Virus record (IMG/VR): IMGVR_UViG_3300021431_000075
Span: 480,001 to 544,000 of that record
Source: a virus
Taxonomy: Duplodnaviria; Caudoviricetes
Length of the DNA: 64,000 bases
Reading direction: 5' to 3' (one strand)
Position numbers and translations under genes: made by a program. Below the pieces are notes generated by a model. The model was not told the origin of the DNA. It searched no databases and saw only the letters and a program-made list of their open reading frames with translations. Numbering within the stretch: position 1 is the stretch's first letter; the number at the start of each line of letters is the position of its first letter. This document shows positions 29,342 to 40,659 of this stretch, one piece after another.

Positions 29342-32300
29342 TCAAATCAGTTCTGGAATATCATAAATTCGATTGCTGCCGCTGGTCGGGCGTATCTGCG
29401 GGTTCTGCTCCAGTGAGTTTAAAGAAGCCGCTGACTGTTGATGCACTTCGTTCACATATATGTATGATGAAGGAGAAGCGAAGTAAATCTTGAATGATGC
29501 TCCGTTTTCATTGAATGTGGTCTTTAGCATTCGCAAGTGAATAACAGCAGTATTTGTGGCTCCAAATGCAACATATTTGTTATTGCCTTGTATGTCTATG
29601 AATACGGTTCCTGCTGACATTTCTCCGCCTGTCATGCCTGAATAGATCGGTTCCCATGTCGTTTCATTGTATCCGGTTATTTTTTTATTGATGCATATGT
29701 ACAAATCTTCAACAACAGGTCGTTCTATATTTGTATGATGATACAGGTTTGTCAGTTCTGGTGTTATGTGCAATTCCATCACATAGTAACCATTATAAGG
29801 AGACGCGGTGTTGCTTATAACATTCAATACATACTTCCTTAGATATTTCTCTATTGAGATGTTAAATGACTTTGCCGGCGCGTTGTTCGGGTCTCTTTTG
29901 TATAAGACTTCATAAGTATATTGGTTGGTTCCGTCTGCGATATATCTGAAACCGGAACTGTCAAACAACCATCCGCAATTCGGTTGTGTTGTAATTTCAT
30001 CACAGGTTGAATTATCAACATCAACGGTAAAGTCGTTCATGTGAACTTCCTTTGAACGGGTAGTGATGCCGTCCTTGACGATTTCCTTGTTTGCAAACGT
30101 AAACTTGAAACTTGAATCGGAACTTCTGACGCTCAATCCGTTTCCGGTTCCAATCCTTGATATGCTTCTGACTGGATATGCCTTTGCGCTGATGTTTATC
30201 GATATGGTCCTGTCTCCGTTCTTGCCGGTCATCTTTAAGAAATCTGTGAATGGATAATCTGTATAGACAAATGACGAATTGTCGATTGTGCGGTACTGCT
30301 TGTAGAAATCAATCGCAGTTTTTATTGAAACATAATGGCTATACGGAATGACTCTTTCAACATCATTGCTGTCTATCATCTTCAGTGTCGGAAGATTGTA
30401 GATGTTTGAATTCGTAGCAACTTGGATGATTTTTGTTCCTGTCAAGAAGTCTTTTATGTTGCTTGCCGTATATGTATTGCTATCGCCTGCCAATTTTATG
30501 TTTTGCAATACGGCAGACGGAATTCCTTGATTTATATTAATCAAGTATCTTCTTTTGAGAACATTCGTGGAACCGTGCATCTCATACTCTTCCACATATG
30601 ACTGGAAGTACACATGCGTATAGCAGCCTACGGCAGAGTTAAGATACATATATTCCTGTTCGTCCGTATATATCTCTATCTGGTCGTTCGAATAGTCGAA
30701 TTCTTGTTTTGTCGGAACGATTGCTACCGCTCTGAAGCATTCCACTGTTGTTGACGGTCTTTTCGACGCAGTTATTCTCACGCTATATATCTCTCCCTTG
30801 CTGCTTGTCGGCGAACCGTCTATAAGTGTTCCGATGGACCATTCAAGATGCGTGCTTGGTCTGTCGGATGAAGTCAGAAGTTCCCAACCTGGATCATCAG
30901 GTTCTGCATTTTTGTTTTGCGAGTAGTATATCTCAAACATATAACCGTCATATGAACTGTTGTCCAGCGGCTCGTTGTCTGGCAAAGTCAGGTTCCATGA
31001 GATGTCCCTGATATGACCTACGACTGTCGTATATAATTTTTTTGTTCCGGCTGTGTTGCTGGTCACGCTCCAGAACGGGTTGTAGTCGTCTGTTAGTGTC
31101 GTCTGGTATCCGCTTTGACCTTCGCCGTCATAAGTGTCTGAGAAAACAGCATATATGTCATACGTCTTGTACTTGACAGAGTCTATATAGAAGGCGACCG
31201 CGATTTTCTCTGTCCAGTTGTCGTTCAGAGAATATATGACATCCGGCCACTTGATTGTATTGTTATTGCCGTAAAAATAGCACTCTGCTGTATGGATTAT
31301 GTTGAACGACTCAAGTTCCGAACTCAAATAATAAATCAGCTTGTATGTGAATCCCGTATAGTCTTCGGTCGTTCTTGATATGCTCAATGCAATCTCCTTG
31401 TTGTATTTAGTCGGTGTTCTGAATGATAGCGGATTGCTTGTGTCTCCGTATCCTTTGACTTCATCCGAGATGACGACAGGTTCCATGCCATTGTAGTCTG
31501 TGCTGATAGTCAAGCCCGGCTGACCGATGACATAGAAATCATATGTTCTTGTGAACACAGGCTCGATGTTGATTATTATCGTCGATGCTTCTTGGTTGAT
31601 ATAGAAGTCGCAGTCGATATTCCAGTTCGGTTTGTCATATGCAAGTTCTTCCAATTCTGAAGTTTCCTCTATTGACTCGCCGTTCTCTATTATTTCCGTA
31701 GTGATTGAATAGTAAAGTTTCTCATAGCCGTAGTTTATCTGGCTGATGTTCAACGAGAAGTATGTGTATGCATATTCGGCAGGAGGTATCGGAAGACCGT
31801 CCTGTGAGACATAATACGCATAGATGTAGTAATCTTCGTCGCTTACGTCAACACATTCAAACCGTGGCAATGCTGAACCGATTTCTTCATCATACCTGTG
31901 CATATATGCAACATTTGCATTGATGAACGGAATGCCGGATACAGAATCGTTTTTCGGTATCCTTACATATATCTGCTTGTCGTTGTAGCCCTTGATTGCA
32001 TTTAACTTCAATGTGTAGTCGTCATATGACGGCATATTTGTTGTCGGAAGGTTGTTGATTGCAAATTGCATGTGTTCGCTTCCCTTTACAATCTTGCTGT
32101 ACTTCGACAATCTGGAACCTCTGAAGTACAAGTCCGCGCTAAGGTATCCATCCTCGTATCCGGTCGGACCCGGTCTCCATGGATTTAAAGGACCGATGTA
32201 TATCGTAAAGTCCAAGTCATGCGGTCTTGAATAGTTTGACTGATAGTCATGCTCCAAGAATCTTCTCATATACGGGAACACCATTTCGCCAGTTGGAGAG

Positions 32301-34171
32301 AGATTGTCAATGACATTAATCTGAAATGTGTTTCTCTGGATTTTCATCAATATGAACTTGACCCTTTCGTATCTCAAGTACCATGAGAAATTGTCCCTCT
32401 CGTCGTCAGTCCATTTCCATATGATGTTCGGATCGTATATCGGAACACTTGTTTCATCTCCTGTATCTTCATCAATATCATTGTAGAATCTCGGCACGAC
32501 ATCTTCCAGTGATGCATACATGCTGTCTCTCTCGTTCCAGAACAGCGAAAGAACTCGATTCCTACCGTCTGTTACGTTTATGCTGTATATGAGTTGCTGA
32601 TTGGATATGATACTCCAGTTCAAAATCTTTGTTAGTATGTAGTAGTTTGACTGGTTTTTCTTCTTTTCATAACTGTATATGTAGTTCTTTCCGGACTTTG
32701 TGAACGGAATTGCATCTTTTATATGCCTTTCATAATATTCGTTGAACTCGTCAGACTTATAGTAGTTTATGTAATCTGTTTCTCCATCGTATGCAGGCGG
32801 TTCTTCATCTGTTATTGCAACAATCAGGTTGTTTACATCTTCAGTTGTTATTAGATTTATGATTGGCGGAACATACTTCTTCACTGAATGGATGTTGAGC
32901 GTATAGTAATAGTACATCTTCTGACCGGTTGTCTCGTCAGTGATAGGAGTGTTCTTTAACTGATCGAATGATATTCTAAGGTCGCTTGTTATCTCAAGCC
33001 CTTCTGCCGTAAGAACTTCTGTTTCTTCTCCGGTGAGCGGATTGCACTCTGTTAGCACATAACCGATAGATTCATATATTTCCGTATCGGCAGACGGTCT
33101 AAAAAGGATTGTGCTTGGGTTCCGGTCTGTCGTGTTGTAAACCATATAGTTTGTCGGACTTATCAAGATTTCTGAAAAGTCCGTGTTGAGAACATCGTAC
33201 AGGTTGATTGAGTCGTCTGTTGATATGAAAATGATAACTGTATTGTTCTTCTTTGCATATATGTCTATTGTCACGTCGGATGACAGGTTCTTTATGTGGT
33301 AGTACTTTCCGAACTTGAAATCGATGGTGTCATAGTTTGGTCCAACTTGGCTTGCTGGTGTTCCGCCGTTGTCAGTCAGACAGCATCCGTTCGGTCTCAT
33401 CGTGAAACCGTTCAAGTCGAACTTGAGATAGTCCTGACCGCTGTCTGTGTCTTTTGTTCCCAGGTCCATGATTCTTGGTTTTGTCGCAGACGGTTTTTCA
33501 AACTTGAACCAGCACGCAGTTCCGCTCAATGTCGTGAAGATGACATCGAACGGATCGGTCGGAGCGTCGAACGGAGTATCTTCTGTCAATACGTTCATCG
33601 CATAAATCAGGTCTGCTGTCCATCTGACCGCGCCGCTTGACTGGACTATCGTCTTGTCAAGAACAAACGGTTTGAATCCGTGCAACTTGATAGTGACTTT
33701 CTTTTCCTTGTATATCGCATTCACGTCATCAAGAAGAACAAGGTTGTTTGAATCATATACCATGCCGTCGATGACCGGAGTCGTGCCCGGAAGCATTCCG
33801 TTGACATACAGTTCCGGCAACTGACCGACTTCGCCGGTGAACTTCACGGTCTTCTCGTCTTTTATCTTGACTTCCTCGACTGTCTCGTTTACCTTGTCTT
33901 CAACATATATGATTTTGTCATAGTTTTCTTCATCCTTGTTGTACAGTGTAACAGACAAGTTCTTGCAACGCTTTATCTCTGAATATGTCGGACATTTCTC
34001 AGACATTAGCGGGTTCATGAACCTTGTTGATGACGGATACTTGTTGACGAGTTCCGGACTGTGAGAGATGACCTTGTTCACGATTCTCTCCACATTGCAG
34101 ACCGATGCGTCTATCGGTTTCGGGATGACTATGTATGATGGAGGCGGAACTTGAATGTCGATTTGTGGCAT
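29342..34171 (-). CDS. Large hypothetical protein (1609 aa), probably virion structural
   Basis: Long ORF with beta-rich Tyr/Ile/Thr composition; TGATAAATA at 34202-34210. Confidence 0.7.
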   Translation of the reverse strand: MPQIDIQVPPPSYIVIPKPIDASVCNVERIVNKVISHSPELVNKYPSSTRFMNPLMSEKCPTYSEIKRCKNLSVTLYNKDEENYDKIIYVEDKVNETVEEVKIKDEKTVKFTGEVGQLPELYVNGMLPGTTPVIDGMVYDSNNLVLLDDVNAIYKEKKVTIKLHGFKPFVLDKTIVQSSGAVRWTADLIYAMNVLTEDTPFDAPTDPFDVIFTTLSGTACWFKFEKPSATKPRIMDLGTKDTDSGQDYLKFDLNGFTMRPNGCCLTDNGGTPASQVGPNYDTIDFKFGKYYHIKNLSSDVTIDIYAKKNNTVIIFISTDDSINLYDVLNTDFSEILISPTNYMVYNTTDRNPSTILFRPSADTEIYESIGYVLTECNPLTGEETEVLTAEGLEITSDLRISFDQLKNTPITDETTGQKMYYYYTLNIHSVKKYVPPIINLITTEDVNNLIVAITDEEPPAYDGETDYINYYKSDEFNEYYERHIKDAIPFTKSGKNYIYSYEKKKNQSNYYILTKILNWSIISNQQLIYSINVTDGRNRVLSLFWNERDSMYASLEDVVPRFYNDIDEDTGDETSVPIYDPNIIWKWTDDERDNFSWYLRYERVKFILMKIQRNTFQINVIDNLSPTGEMVFPYMRRFLEHDYQSNYSRPHDLDFTIYIGPLNPWRPGPTGYEDGYLSADLYFRGSRLSKYSKIVKGSEHMQFAINNLPTTNMPSYDDYTLKLNAIKGYNDKQIYVRIPKNDSVSGIPFINANVAYMHRYDEEIGSALPRFECVDVSDEDYYIYAYYVSQDGLPIPPAEYAYTYFSLNISQINYGYEKLYYSITTEIIENGESIEETSELEELAYDKPNWNIDCDFYINQEASTIIINIEPVFTRTYDFYVIGQPGLTISTDYNGMEPVVISDEVKGYGDTSNPLSFRTPTKYNKEIALSISRTTEDYTGFTYKLIYYLSSELESFNIIHTAECYFYGNNNTIKWPDVIYSLNDNWTEKIAVAFYIDSVKYKTYDIYAVFSDTYDGEGQSGYQTTLTDDYNPFWSVTSNTAGTKKLYTTVVGHIRDISWNLTLPDNEPLDNSSYDGYMFEIYYSQNKNAEPDDPGWELLTSSDRPSTHLEWSIGTLIDGSPTSSKGEIYSVRITASKRPSTTVECFRAVAIVPTKQEFDYSNDQIEIYTDEQEYMYLNSAVGCYTHVYFQSYVEEYEMHGSTNVLKRRYLININQGIPSAVLQNIKLAGDSNTYTASNIKDFLTGTKIIQVATNSNIYNLPTLKMIDSNDVERVIPYSHYVSIKTAIDFYKQYRTIDNSSFVYTDYPFTDFLKMTGKNGDRTISINISAKAYPVRSISRIGTGNGLSVRSSDSSFKFTFANKEIVKDGITTRSKEVHMNDFTVDVDNSTCDEITTQPNCGWLFDSSGFRYIADGTNQYTYEVLYKRDPNNAPAKSFNISIEKYLRKYVLNVISNTASPYNGYYVMELHITPELTNLYHHTNIERPVVEDLYICINKKITGYNETTWEPIYSGMTGGEMSAGTVFIDIQGNNKYVAFGATNTAVIHLRMLKTTFNENGASFKIYFASPSSYIYVNEVHQQSAASLNSLEQNPQIRPTSGSNRIYDIPELI

Positions 34172-34254
34172 AATGGAAATGACCTGAATTTTCTTGTTAT
34201 GTATTTATCAAAAAATAGAGCAGAATGCCATATTGCATCCTGCTCTATCTGTTC

Positions 34255-37149
34255 TTATGTGATTCTGATGAATATGTCTCTTGAACCGTTTGCTCGAGGC
34301 GGAATCATCAGCCATTTCTTCGGTTCCTCTTCGCATGCCTCTCTCATATAGAGAATCGTCTCCGGCAATGCTCCGAACTGAATCAGTGTTCCGTTGCCAT
34401 ACTCTTCGAAGAAGCCTTCTGGGGATATGTACTCAATCGGTTCTGAGTTTTCAGGGAACTTTCCTGTTCCGGTTCCGATTATCTTCGTATAGCCGCCGTC
34501 CACGTCGCTCAATATGTACGAGTAGTTCAAGTATAGTTCATTCGTGCACCAGAGCTTGAGCTTGTACTGGTTGTTGTGCTTGTAAGATGTCGTCAGTGTA
34601 ACATATGGATTGCCGCTCTGGTTCTCTGTTATGACTGTTGACGTGTCGTTCGGATTATCCCAGTCGTCTCTCCACACAGCGACATTGATATGGTTGTCTT
34701 CTGATGAAATCGAGTATGTATATACAGGAATGACAGACGGTCTGACGAACACGTCGATTTCGTCATACTCGTAGAAATATTCGAAAGTGTCGGCTTCCAT
34801 CGAGATTTCAAAAACGCCTTCTTCCTCGTTAGGAACTCCATAAGTGTCTGTCTGCACATGCTCTTGCCAGTTTCCCTTATAACCGCGCATGAAGTACTCG
34901 ATTGATGATATCTTTTGGCTTATTTCCGGAAGAAGAACAATCTTGAACCTGAAGTCAAATCCGGAAGTCATCTTGTATTTCCATAGCGAATAGAACATGC
35001 CGAGGTCTTGGACGACTCCGGAGCCTTCTGTTCCGTTGGATGTCATTGTCGTATCTGAAGTTTCCGGATTGTCGATAATGACATTCAGATTGCTTACAGA
35101 CAGCATGTCGTCATCCAAGAAATATATGTTGACAGTCTTCGGAATGTACTTCTTCATGCTTCGGATTGTCATTATGTAGTAGAAGTCGCCATTGACGAAC
35201 AGGTTCGTGTTCGTGTATGTTATGCTCTTTGCTTCTCTTGAGTCTGTGTCTGGCGGTCCGACCGGAGAGTTGTCTGAATATGCCATTCTCTGCATTGAAT
35301 ATGATATGACATCATTCGGACCGGTTTCCGTTATGGTCAGGCTTGTCTTGTTGTTATAATAGTTGTCCGCCTTTGTCGTATATGAATAACCTTCTATGTA
35401 CTCGTTAAAGTAGTTCTCGAATACCTTGATTGTGTCAGGCATCTTGTCTATCAACACATTGACCACGTCTATCTTTTGCGTGTCTATGTATATTGTAACA
35501 TCTCGTGACGGATTCGTTACAAGAGTGCCGTTGTTTTGGGCGTTGTTCGTGTTAGTCTTTCTGTTACCTAACATATAACTCCATTTCTTGATGATGGTAG
35601 GATCGTCTGCGAAAGGAGTCCAGCTGCATTTGATATAGACTATGTCATCTTCTGTCTCAAGTTCACAAGCGCCATCGTCAGGATATTCATAGTTTATTTT
35701 TTCAGATGGACTAAAGTTCATATCTTGCATATGAATCTGCATGAGTTCCAAATCTTCAGTCCCGGCAGGCGCGAATCCGATGAACACGTTTATGTTCGAC
35801 ATGACGACAAACCGGACCTTTCTTGGGATGTACTTCTCTTTCGGACGCAAGAAAAGAGAGCCGGAGAACCAGTCGATGTTTGACATAGGTCTCGGTCTCG
35901 GACGAATCGGGATGAATCCGGGAGTTGAACCTGCGCTTGTGTCTGTTGTTTCGGTTTCCGATTCTCTTACATATGTCATTTGAACCGTGCAAAAATCTCC
36001 ACTTACATATTGTTCCACATTGTCTGAATATGCGAGACGGCGTCCGTCTTTGTCATAGTATGTGCGCAAGTAGAGAATGCCGTCATATGCTCTTGAATCC
36101 TTTAGAGATACGTAGAAAGTTGCAGAATCAAGATGGTCGTATGATGTGAGGTATGTTGTTACAGTGTCATAGTAGTTCAAGACATACTCGTTGGTTGAGG
36201 CGTCTATGACGTCAAGGTCTCCCTGTGAAGATATGCTGATGACTCTACGCTCGATGACTTTTGCCACTATGTCGAATGTCAAGTCATCAATGATGTTGTC
36301 GAACTCATAGTCGGAGTCAAACAGGAACTCTTCGTCTTCAATCTCGATGCCGTTGACAAAACATTTGAACGACTCGTACCTGTTCGGAATGTCTTGGCAA
36401 TCCGGATTCATCTCGAATGTAAACGTGGTTCCTCTATCAAGAATGAATCTTATTGTCTGTTCATCTGTTATATATGAGATATAAGTGCAGTCAAGCGGTG
36501 TTCCGTCATCTTCGAAAATCTCTTTAAATATATCTTCTATCGGAGTGTTGATTGGAACGTTCCAGTTGATAAAGTTGAACGTAATCGTAAATACTCTGTC
36601 TTCGATTAGAACATCACGGAGTCGCACAAGCCGGTTCTGTGAATCATACATGTTTCGGACATAGTCGTCGATTTCATCTTCCGGTTTGGAACCGCGAATT
36701 CTGAGTTTTGACAACTGGTACCGTTCGCCGTTGAATTTGAATGTCTCTGCTGGAATCTCGCTCGTTTCCGGATGCTCCCTGTCAAGAGATATTGTGACTT
36801 CTTGTTCATCAGACTTTCGTATCTCTGAATATTTTGCACAATGGTAGTATAAAACTTTTTCAAGTAACGGCTTTCTTGTTCTTGGGTTGAACCCTATTGT
36901 AATATACACCTCTGTATCCGGCGTGACTTCGAAATCTCTTCCATACATCTGGTAAATGTACGGAGAGTCGTCTATGTATTCGCCGACAACGCTTTCAAGC
37001 GTACACATCGGATAATACTTGATGTCTTCTGTTTCTGTTTCTGAAATATCTACAGTTATGATTTCAGAGGCGTCTATGCCGCCCATCGAAGTGTTTGAAA
37101 TGCCAAGAACATGTTCGCCAAGATAACTCTCATCGACAAAATTATCCAT
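34255..37149 (-). CDS. Large acidic hypothetical protein (964 aa), probably virion structural
   Basis: Long ORF; TGATAAATA at 37177-37185. Confidence 0.7.
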   Translation of the reverse strand: MDNFVDESYLGEHVLGISNTSMGGIDASEIITVDISETETEDIKYYPMCTLESVVGEYIDDSPYIYQMYGRDFEVTPDTEVYITIGFNPRTRKPLLEKVLYYHCAKYSEIRKSDEQEVTISLDREHPETSEIPAETFKFNGERYQLSKLRIRGSKPEDEIDDYVRNMYDSQNRLVRLRDVLIEDRVFTITFNFINWNVPINTPIEDIFKEIFEDDGTPLDCTYISYITDEQTIRFILDRGTTFTFEMNPDCQDIPNRYESFKCFVNGIEIEDEEFLFDSDYEFDNIIDDLTFDIVAKVIERRVISISSQGDLDVIDASTNEYVLNYYDTVTTYLTSYDHLDSATFYVSLKDSRAYDGILYLRTYYDKDGRRLAYSDNVEQYVSGDFCTVQMTYVRESETETTDTSAGSTPGFIPIRPRPRPMSNIDWFSGSLFLRPKEKYIPRKVRFVVMSNINVFIGFAPAGTEDLELMQIHMQDMNFSPSEKINYEYPDDGACELETEDDIVYIKCSWTPFADDPTIIKKWSYMLGNRKTNTNNAQNNGTLVTNPSRDVTIYIDTQKIDVVNVLIDKMPDTIKVFENYFNEYIEGYSYTTKADNYYNNKTSLTITETGPNDVISYSMQRMAYSDNSPVGPPDTDSREAKSITYTNTNLFVNGDFYYIMTIRSMKKYIPKTVNIYFLDDDMLSVSNLNVIIDNPETSDTTMTSNGTEGSGVVQDLGMFYSLWKYKMTSGFDFRFKIVLLPEISQKISSIEYFMRGYKGNWQEHVQTDTYGVPNEEEGVFEISMEADTFEYFYEYDEIDVFVRPSVIPVYTYSISSEDNHINVAVWRDDWDNPNDTSTVITENQSGNPYVTLTTSYKHNNQYKLKLWCTNELYLNYSYILSDVDGGYTKIIGTGTGKFPENSEPIEYISPEGFFEEYGNGTLIQFGALPETILYMREACEEEPKKWLMIPPRANGSRDIFIRIT

Positions 37150-37286
37150 TAGAAACCAAGAGGATATACATTTTTGTATTTATCAAATATGAGAGTTTTG
37201 TCTTGTTTTTAAAGCATAAAACAAGACAAGTTCTTGAATTGCTTTTTGCATGGTTCAAGAACTTGTCCATTTGTTATTTTTGAAAT

Positions 37287-38513
37287 TTAGATGAATATCG
37301 GCATCCCTTCGTCCAGCGGTCTTGTATTGCTTAGTTTCTTCTCCAAGTCGCTGAATACTGCCGCTGTGAGCGCTTTCTTCTTGTTCGCGCCCTCGTATTC
37401 TGTTCCTTTCAGAAGTTCTTGCGCTCTCATGTTCTGGAATGATGTTCCGGAACAGTTTCTTACCATATAGTCGATGGTTTCCTTGTAGTCGCATATGTAC
37501 TTCGGAAACATCTCGCTGTTCAGTTCAACAAGCTGTCTCTGTCGCAGCAGTCTTTCGTTATAGTCTATGTCATCGACATGCTTCTTGCAAATCTTGTCAA
37601 GAGCGTCCGGCATCTTGTTGATGTTCTCTACAAGAGATTGAACGCTGTCCGAACCTGTCTGCTCCAGAATCTTCTTTGCTTTCAGCGGAGTTATTCTTAT
37701 AAGCTTTCCGTTCTTGTAGTAACCGTAGAATGACGGAACATTGTCTCCGTCATCTCCGCACAGAATCTTGTTCAGAACCACCATGTTCGGATTGTCCGGA
37801 TAAAGTTCGATAATGGAATTCGTTCTTATAAGTTCTTTTACGTAGTATTTCTGCGGGTCGAAACTCGTGAAGAATATGTCATTCACTTCAGGCTCGTTAT
37901 ACCAGTCCATGAACTCCTTTGTTACATACATTCTTCGGTTGCTGTTCTTTCCGCGGCCTGTCGTGTTATACACGACGCAGAACTGCTTCGTCTCCTTGTT
38001 GAATGATATGAGCTGCCTGATATCCGCATCTGCGCTGACAATGATTATATTGTAGTCCGGATGCTTCTCGAAAACGTCTTCCTTGATGAGCGCGATGATG
38101 TCATCGGCTTCTGCATGCTCGACATTTGCCACGTGCATATTCCTTTTTCTGAGAATCTCAAGTAAGTCGTCTGAACACTTGTATATGTTTTCCCAGTTCA
38201 CGTTCGGATCCTTGTCGCGATTGCTCTTGTAACCGTCTGATCCGGGAAGAATGTTCTTTCTCCATGCATGCTGCCCGTCTGTTGCTATGATGATGTTGGA
38301 CGGGTTGAACATGTTGATGACAGAGCAGACGTCAACAGCAAACTTGTTCGTGAATGACTTGAGATCCTCTTCAAGCTCGTAGCCGCTGACGACATGACCG
38401 AAGATTTTGTGTATGTACAGACTCCTGAACATCAGGTTCGACCAGTCGATGACCAGCAGAACCTTGGAGTTTGCCACATTGATATTTGTATTCAAATTAT
38501 TAGTTATCATCAC
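37287..38513 (-). CDS. rnh: T4 RNase H-like 5'-3' exonuclease (FEN/PIN fold)
   Basis: LVIDWSNL, WRK.....YKSNR, EADDII, VSADAD..QL, KILCGDDGDNVP. Confidence 0.88.
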   Translation of the reverse strand: MMITNNLNTNINVANSKVLLVIDWSNLMFRSLYIHKIFGHVVSGYELEEDLKSFTNKFAVDVCSVINMFNPSNIIIATDGQHAWRKNILPGSDGYKSNRDKDPNVNWENIYKCSDDLLEILRKRNMHVANVEHAEADDIIALIKEDVFEKHPDYNIIIVSADADIRQLISFNKETKQFCVVYNTTGRGKNSNRRMYVTKEFMDWYNEPEVNDIFFTSFDPQKYYVKELIRTNSIIELYPDNPNMVVLNKILCGDDGDNVPSFYGYYKNGKLIRITPLKAKKILEQTGSDSVQSLVENINKMPDALDKICKKHVDDIDYNERLLRQRQLVELNSEMFPKYICDYKETIDYMVRNCSGTSFQNMRAQELLKGTEYEGANKKKALTAAVFSDLEKKLSNTRPLDEGMPIFI

Positions 38514-38547
38514 TAATATTTACGATTTCTCTATTTATTGTTAAAAA

Positions 38548-38578
38548 GGTATACTAACGGTTTAACAAAAAGTTTAAA
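38548..38578 (-). promoter_or_regulatory. Phage class-II promoter TTTAAAC-N18-TATACC
   Basis: Upstream of the RNase H gene. Confidence 0.72.
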
Positions 38579-38602
38579 TAATTAGCGATGTTTTGTGATA
38601 AT

Positions 38603-40117
38603 TTATAGAGGTCCGTGGAAAATAAAGTCTCCGAACACGCTTCTTGAAGTCGGTCCCCACCCTGTCAGTATGGACAGAACGAACCAGATGTTCTTTAATG
38701 AAAGTCTCTTGTATCTCGGAAACGTGTCCGCTCCCTGCACGACGATACCCTCAAGCATCTGGAACATCTTCTTGATTCTTGGAACATTTTCAGAGCTCAA
38801 TAGATAGCGGACCTTGAATGCGGTCGGGTCAAGAAAGTACTCGACATCTTGTATCGGCGGGAATGCGGCGCGGATGATGCTCTCTATCTTTTCATAGTCC
38901 ATGATGTTCGTCCAGTTCGGTGACATCAGCGCAATGTTCGTTTTCGGGATGATTTCGACAAAGAGTCTGCCGGCGGTCAACGGATTCTGAGCAGACTTTG
39001 CAGTCATTAGCCACCCGTAGCTTTGTGGATGGATTCCCATGAACGGATTGTTCAGCATCGTTATTATGTGGTTCATTGACTCGTTGAACGCTTTCTGCAT
39101 CTGCGCGACCACGCTCAACATCTGTGTTATTTGCGAGAATATGTTCTGCATGACTCCGTCAAGTGTTCCGAACTTGACTTTCCGCAGAAGGTCAAGCAGC
39201 AAATCATTCTTTGCAATCATCAGATTGTTGATGATGACCTTTATCTGCAGAAATAGAGCGTCTATCCGAAGTGTCACATATTCCCTGTATTCAAGCGGAA
39301 GAATAACTTTTCCTCTGATGAATTCCGGCAGACCTGTTATGAGATTCAGAGCGGCATCCATCATGTTCAGTTTCTCCTGAATAAGCCTTATCGTAGCAAG
39401 CGTCTTTTCCGCTTTCTTGGAAACCTTGTCTCTTGCTTTCTCTGCTCTGTACCTTGTCGCGCAAGTCTTTGAGCAGTATCCGTTCTTGAGCAACTGGTCC
39501 ACATATTTTCCGCAATACGGACATTTCTGCTTCTTTGTTGGTATGGTTCCGGTCTTGTCGAATGACGACTCGTTCTCTGTCGATGACAATGTGAATGCTC
39601 TGTCGTGCATCTCGAACTTGATGCCGTTCTTGAATACACATCTGTTCAGCATGTATACGCTGTCTTCGAATTGGGCGAATCTTTTCAAGTATTCAGTCGG
39701 ATTCTCGAACTGCTCTGCGTTCCATTGTCCGGTTTTATTGTCAATCTTGAGACCGAACGCTTCTTCTGTTATGATTCCATCTTCGGAAAAGAACTGCAGA
39801 CTTGTTATGTCGTTCGGATTCGGAACAACTTTCGTGCTTTCTATATAGCTTTTGTATGCATTCTCATAGTCTGTCATCTTCTTGTTGTACATATCAGACA
39901 GTTGCTTTTGAGAGAACTTGCTGTCTCTTTTCTGCATTTCTGTGTTGTAGAACTTGTCATTCTCTGCACTGACAAGGGACTTGATGTATGCATAAAGTTC
40001 CTGCGTGTGCGTCGCTATGGCACCGATTAGAACTTTCGAGTTGAAAGTGTTTCCATAGTTGTCTGTATAGAAAGCCTGTATCCTCGGTCCTTCTGTTTTG
40101 ACTGTAAAAGAAGCCAT
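38603..40117 (-). CDS. Hypothetical protein with a CPYC...YCSxxC zinc finger and a helical C-terminal half
   Basis: 504-aa ORF; TGATAAATA at 40189-40197. Confidence 0.7.
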   Translation of the reverse strand: MASFTVKTEGPRIQAFYTDNYGNTFNSKVLIGAIATHTQELYAYIKSLVSAENDKFYNTEMQKRDSKFSQKQLSDMYNKKMTDYENAYKSYIESTKVVPNPNDITSLQFFSEDGIITEEAFGLKIDNKTGQWNAEQFENPTEYLKRFAQFEDSVYMLNRCVFKNGIKFEMHDRAFTLSSTENESSFDKTGTIPTKKQKCPYCGKYVDQLLKNGYCSKTCATRYRAEKARDKVSKKAEKTLATIRLIQEKLNMMDAALNLITGLPEFIRGKVILPLEYREYVTLRIDALFLQIKVIINNLMIAKNDLLLDLLRKVKFGTLDGVMQNIFSQITQMLSVVAQMQKAFNESMNHIITMLNNPFMGIHPQSYGWLMTAKSAQNPLTAGRLFVEIIPKTNIALMSPNWTNIMDYEKIESIIRAAFPPIQDVEYFLDPTAFKVRYLLSSENVPRIKKMFQMLEGIVVQGADTFPRYKRLSLKNIWFVLSILTGWGPTSRSVFGDFIFHGPL

Positions 40118-40212
40118 TGTTCTATAATAGAAATGCCGATAAACGATTGTTGGAAATCATTTTATCGGCACTGTTTTAATCGTTTCTCTATTTATCAAAT
40201 GAACTTGCAAAA

Positions 40213-40614
40213 TCATAGATTGCATTCGATGATCTTCGTCTTTCTGAACCGCTCGACAAAGAACACTTCCTCGAATACGCTGTGCAGGTTCTTGTGTTTT
40301 GCCACATTCGCGTTGTCTATCAGCACGAACTTGTCTATGTTAGGGTCGTCGCCGAACTTTGCCTTAAGCGAATGGTACAGAGTCTCGGAAAGGTTCTTGT
40401 TGATGTATATGATTCCCTGATACTTCTTCAACTTGGACATCGAGAGGATGTCTGTCGTTATCTCGTTGTTGATGTAGTACACGTTCGACGGCTTTGTTAT
40501 GTCGAGATTCAGACTTGATATGAAATTCTGAACATCTAATACATAGAAGTTCTTGATGTTGACTATCAAGTTCTGCAGTTTAGAATATGGTTCGGATGTG
40601 ACATATATATTCAT
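40213..40614 (-). CDS. Hypothetical protein
   Basis: 133-aa ORF. Confidence 0.7.
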   Translation of the reverse strand: MNIYVTSEPYSKLQNLIVNIKNFYVLDVQNFISSLNLDITKPSNVYYINNEITTDILSMSKLKKYQGIIYINKNLSETLYHSLKAKFGDDPNIDKFVLIDNANVAKHKNLHSVFEEVFFVERFRKTKIIECNL

Positions 40615-40659
40615 TTTTGATAATGAAACACGACTCTTTTTAATTTTTGATATATTGGA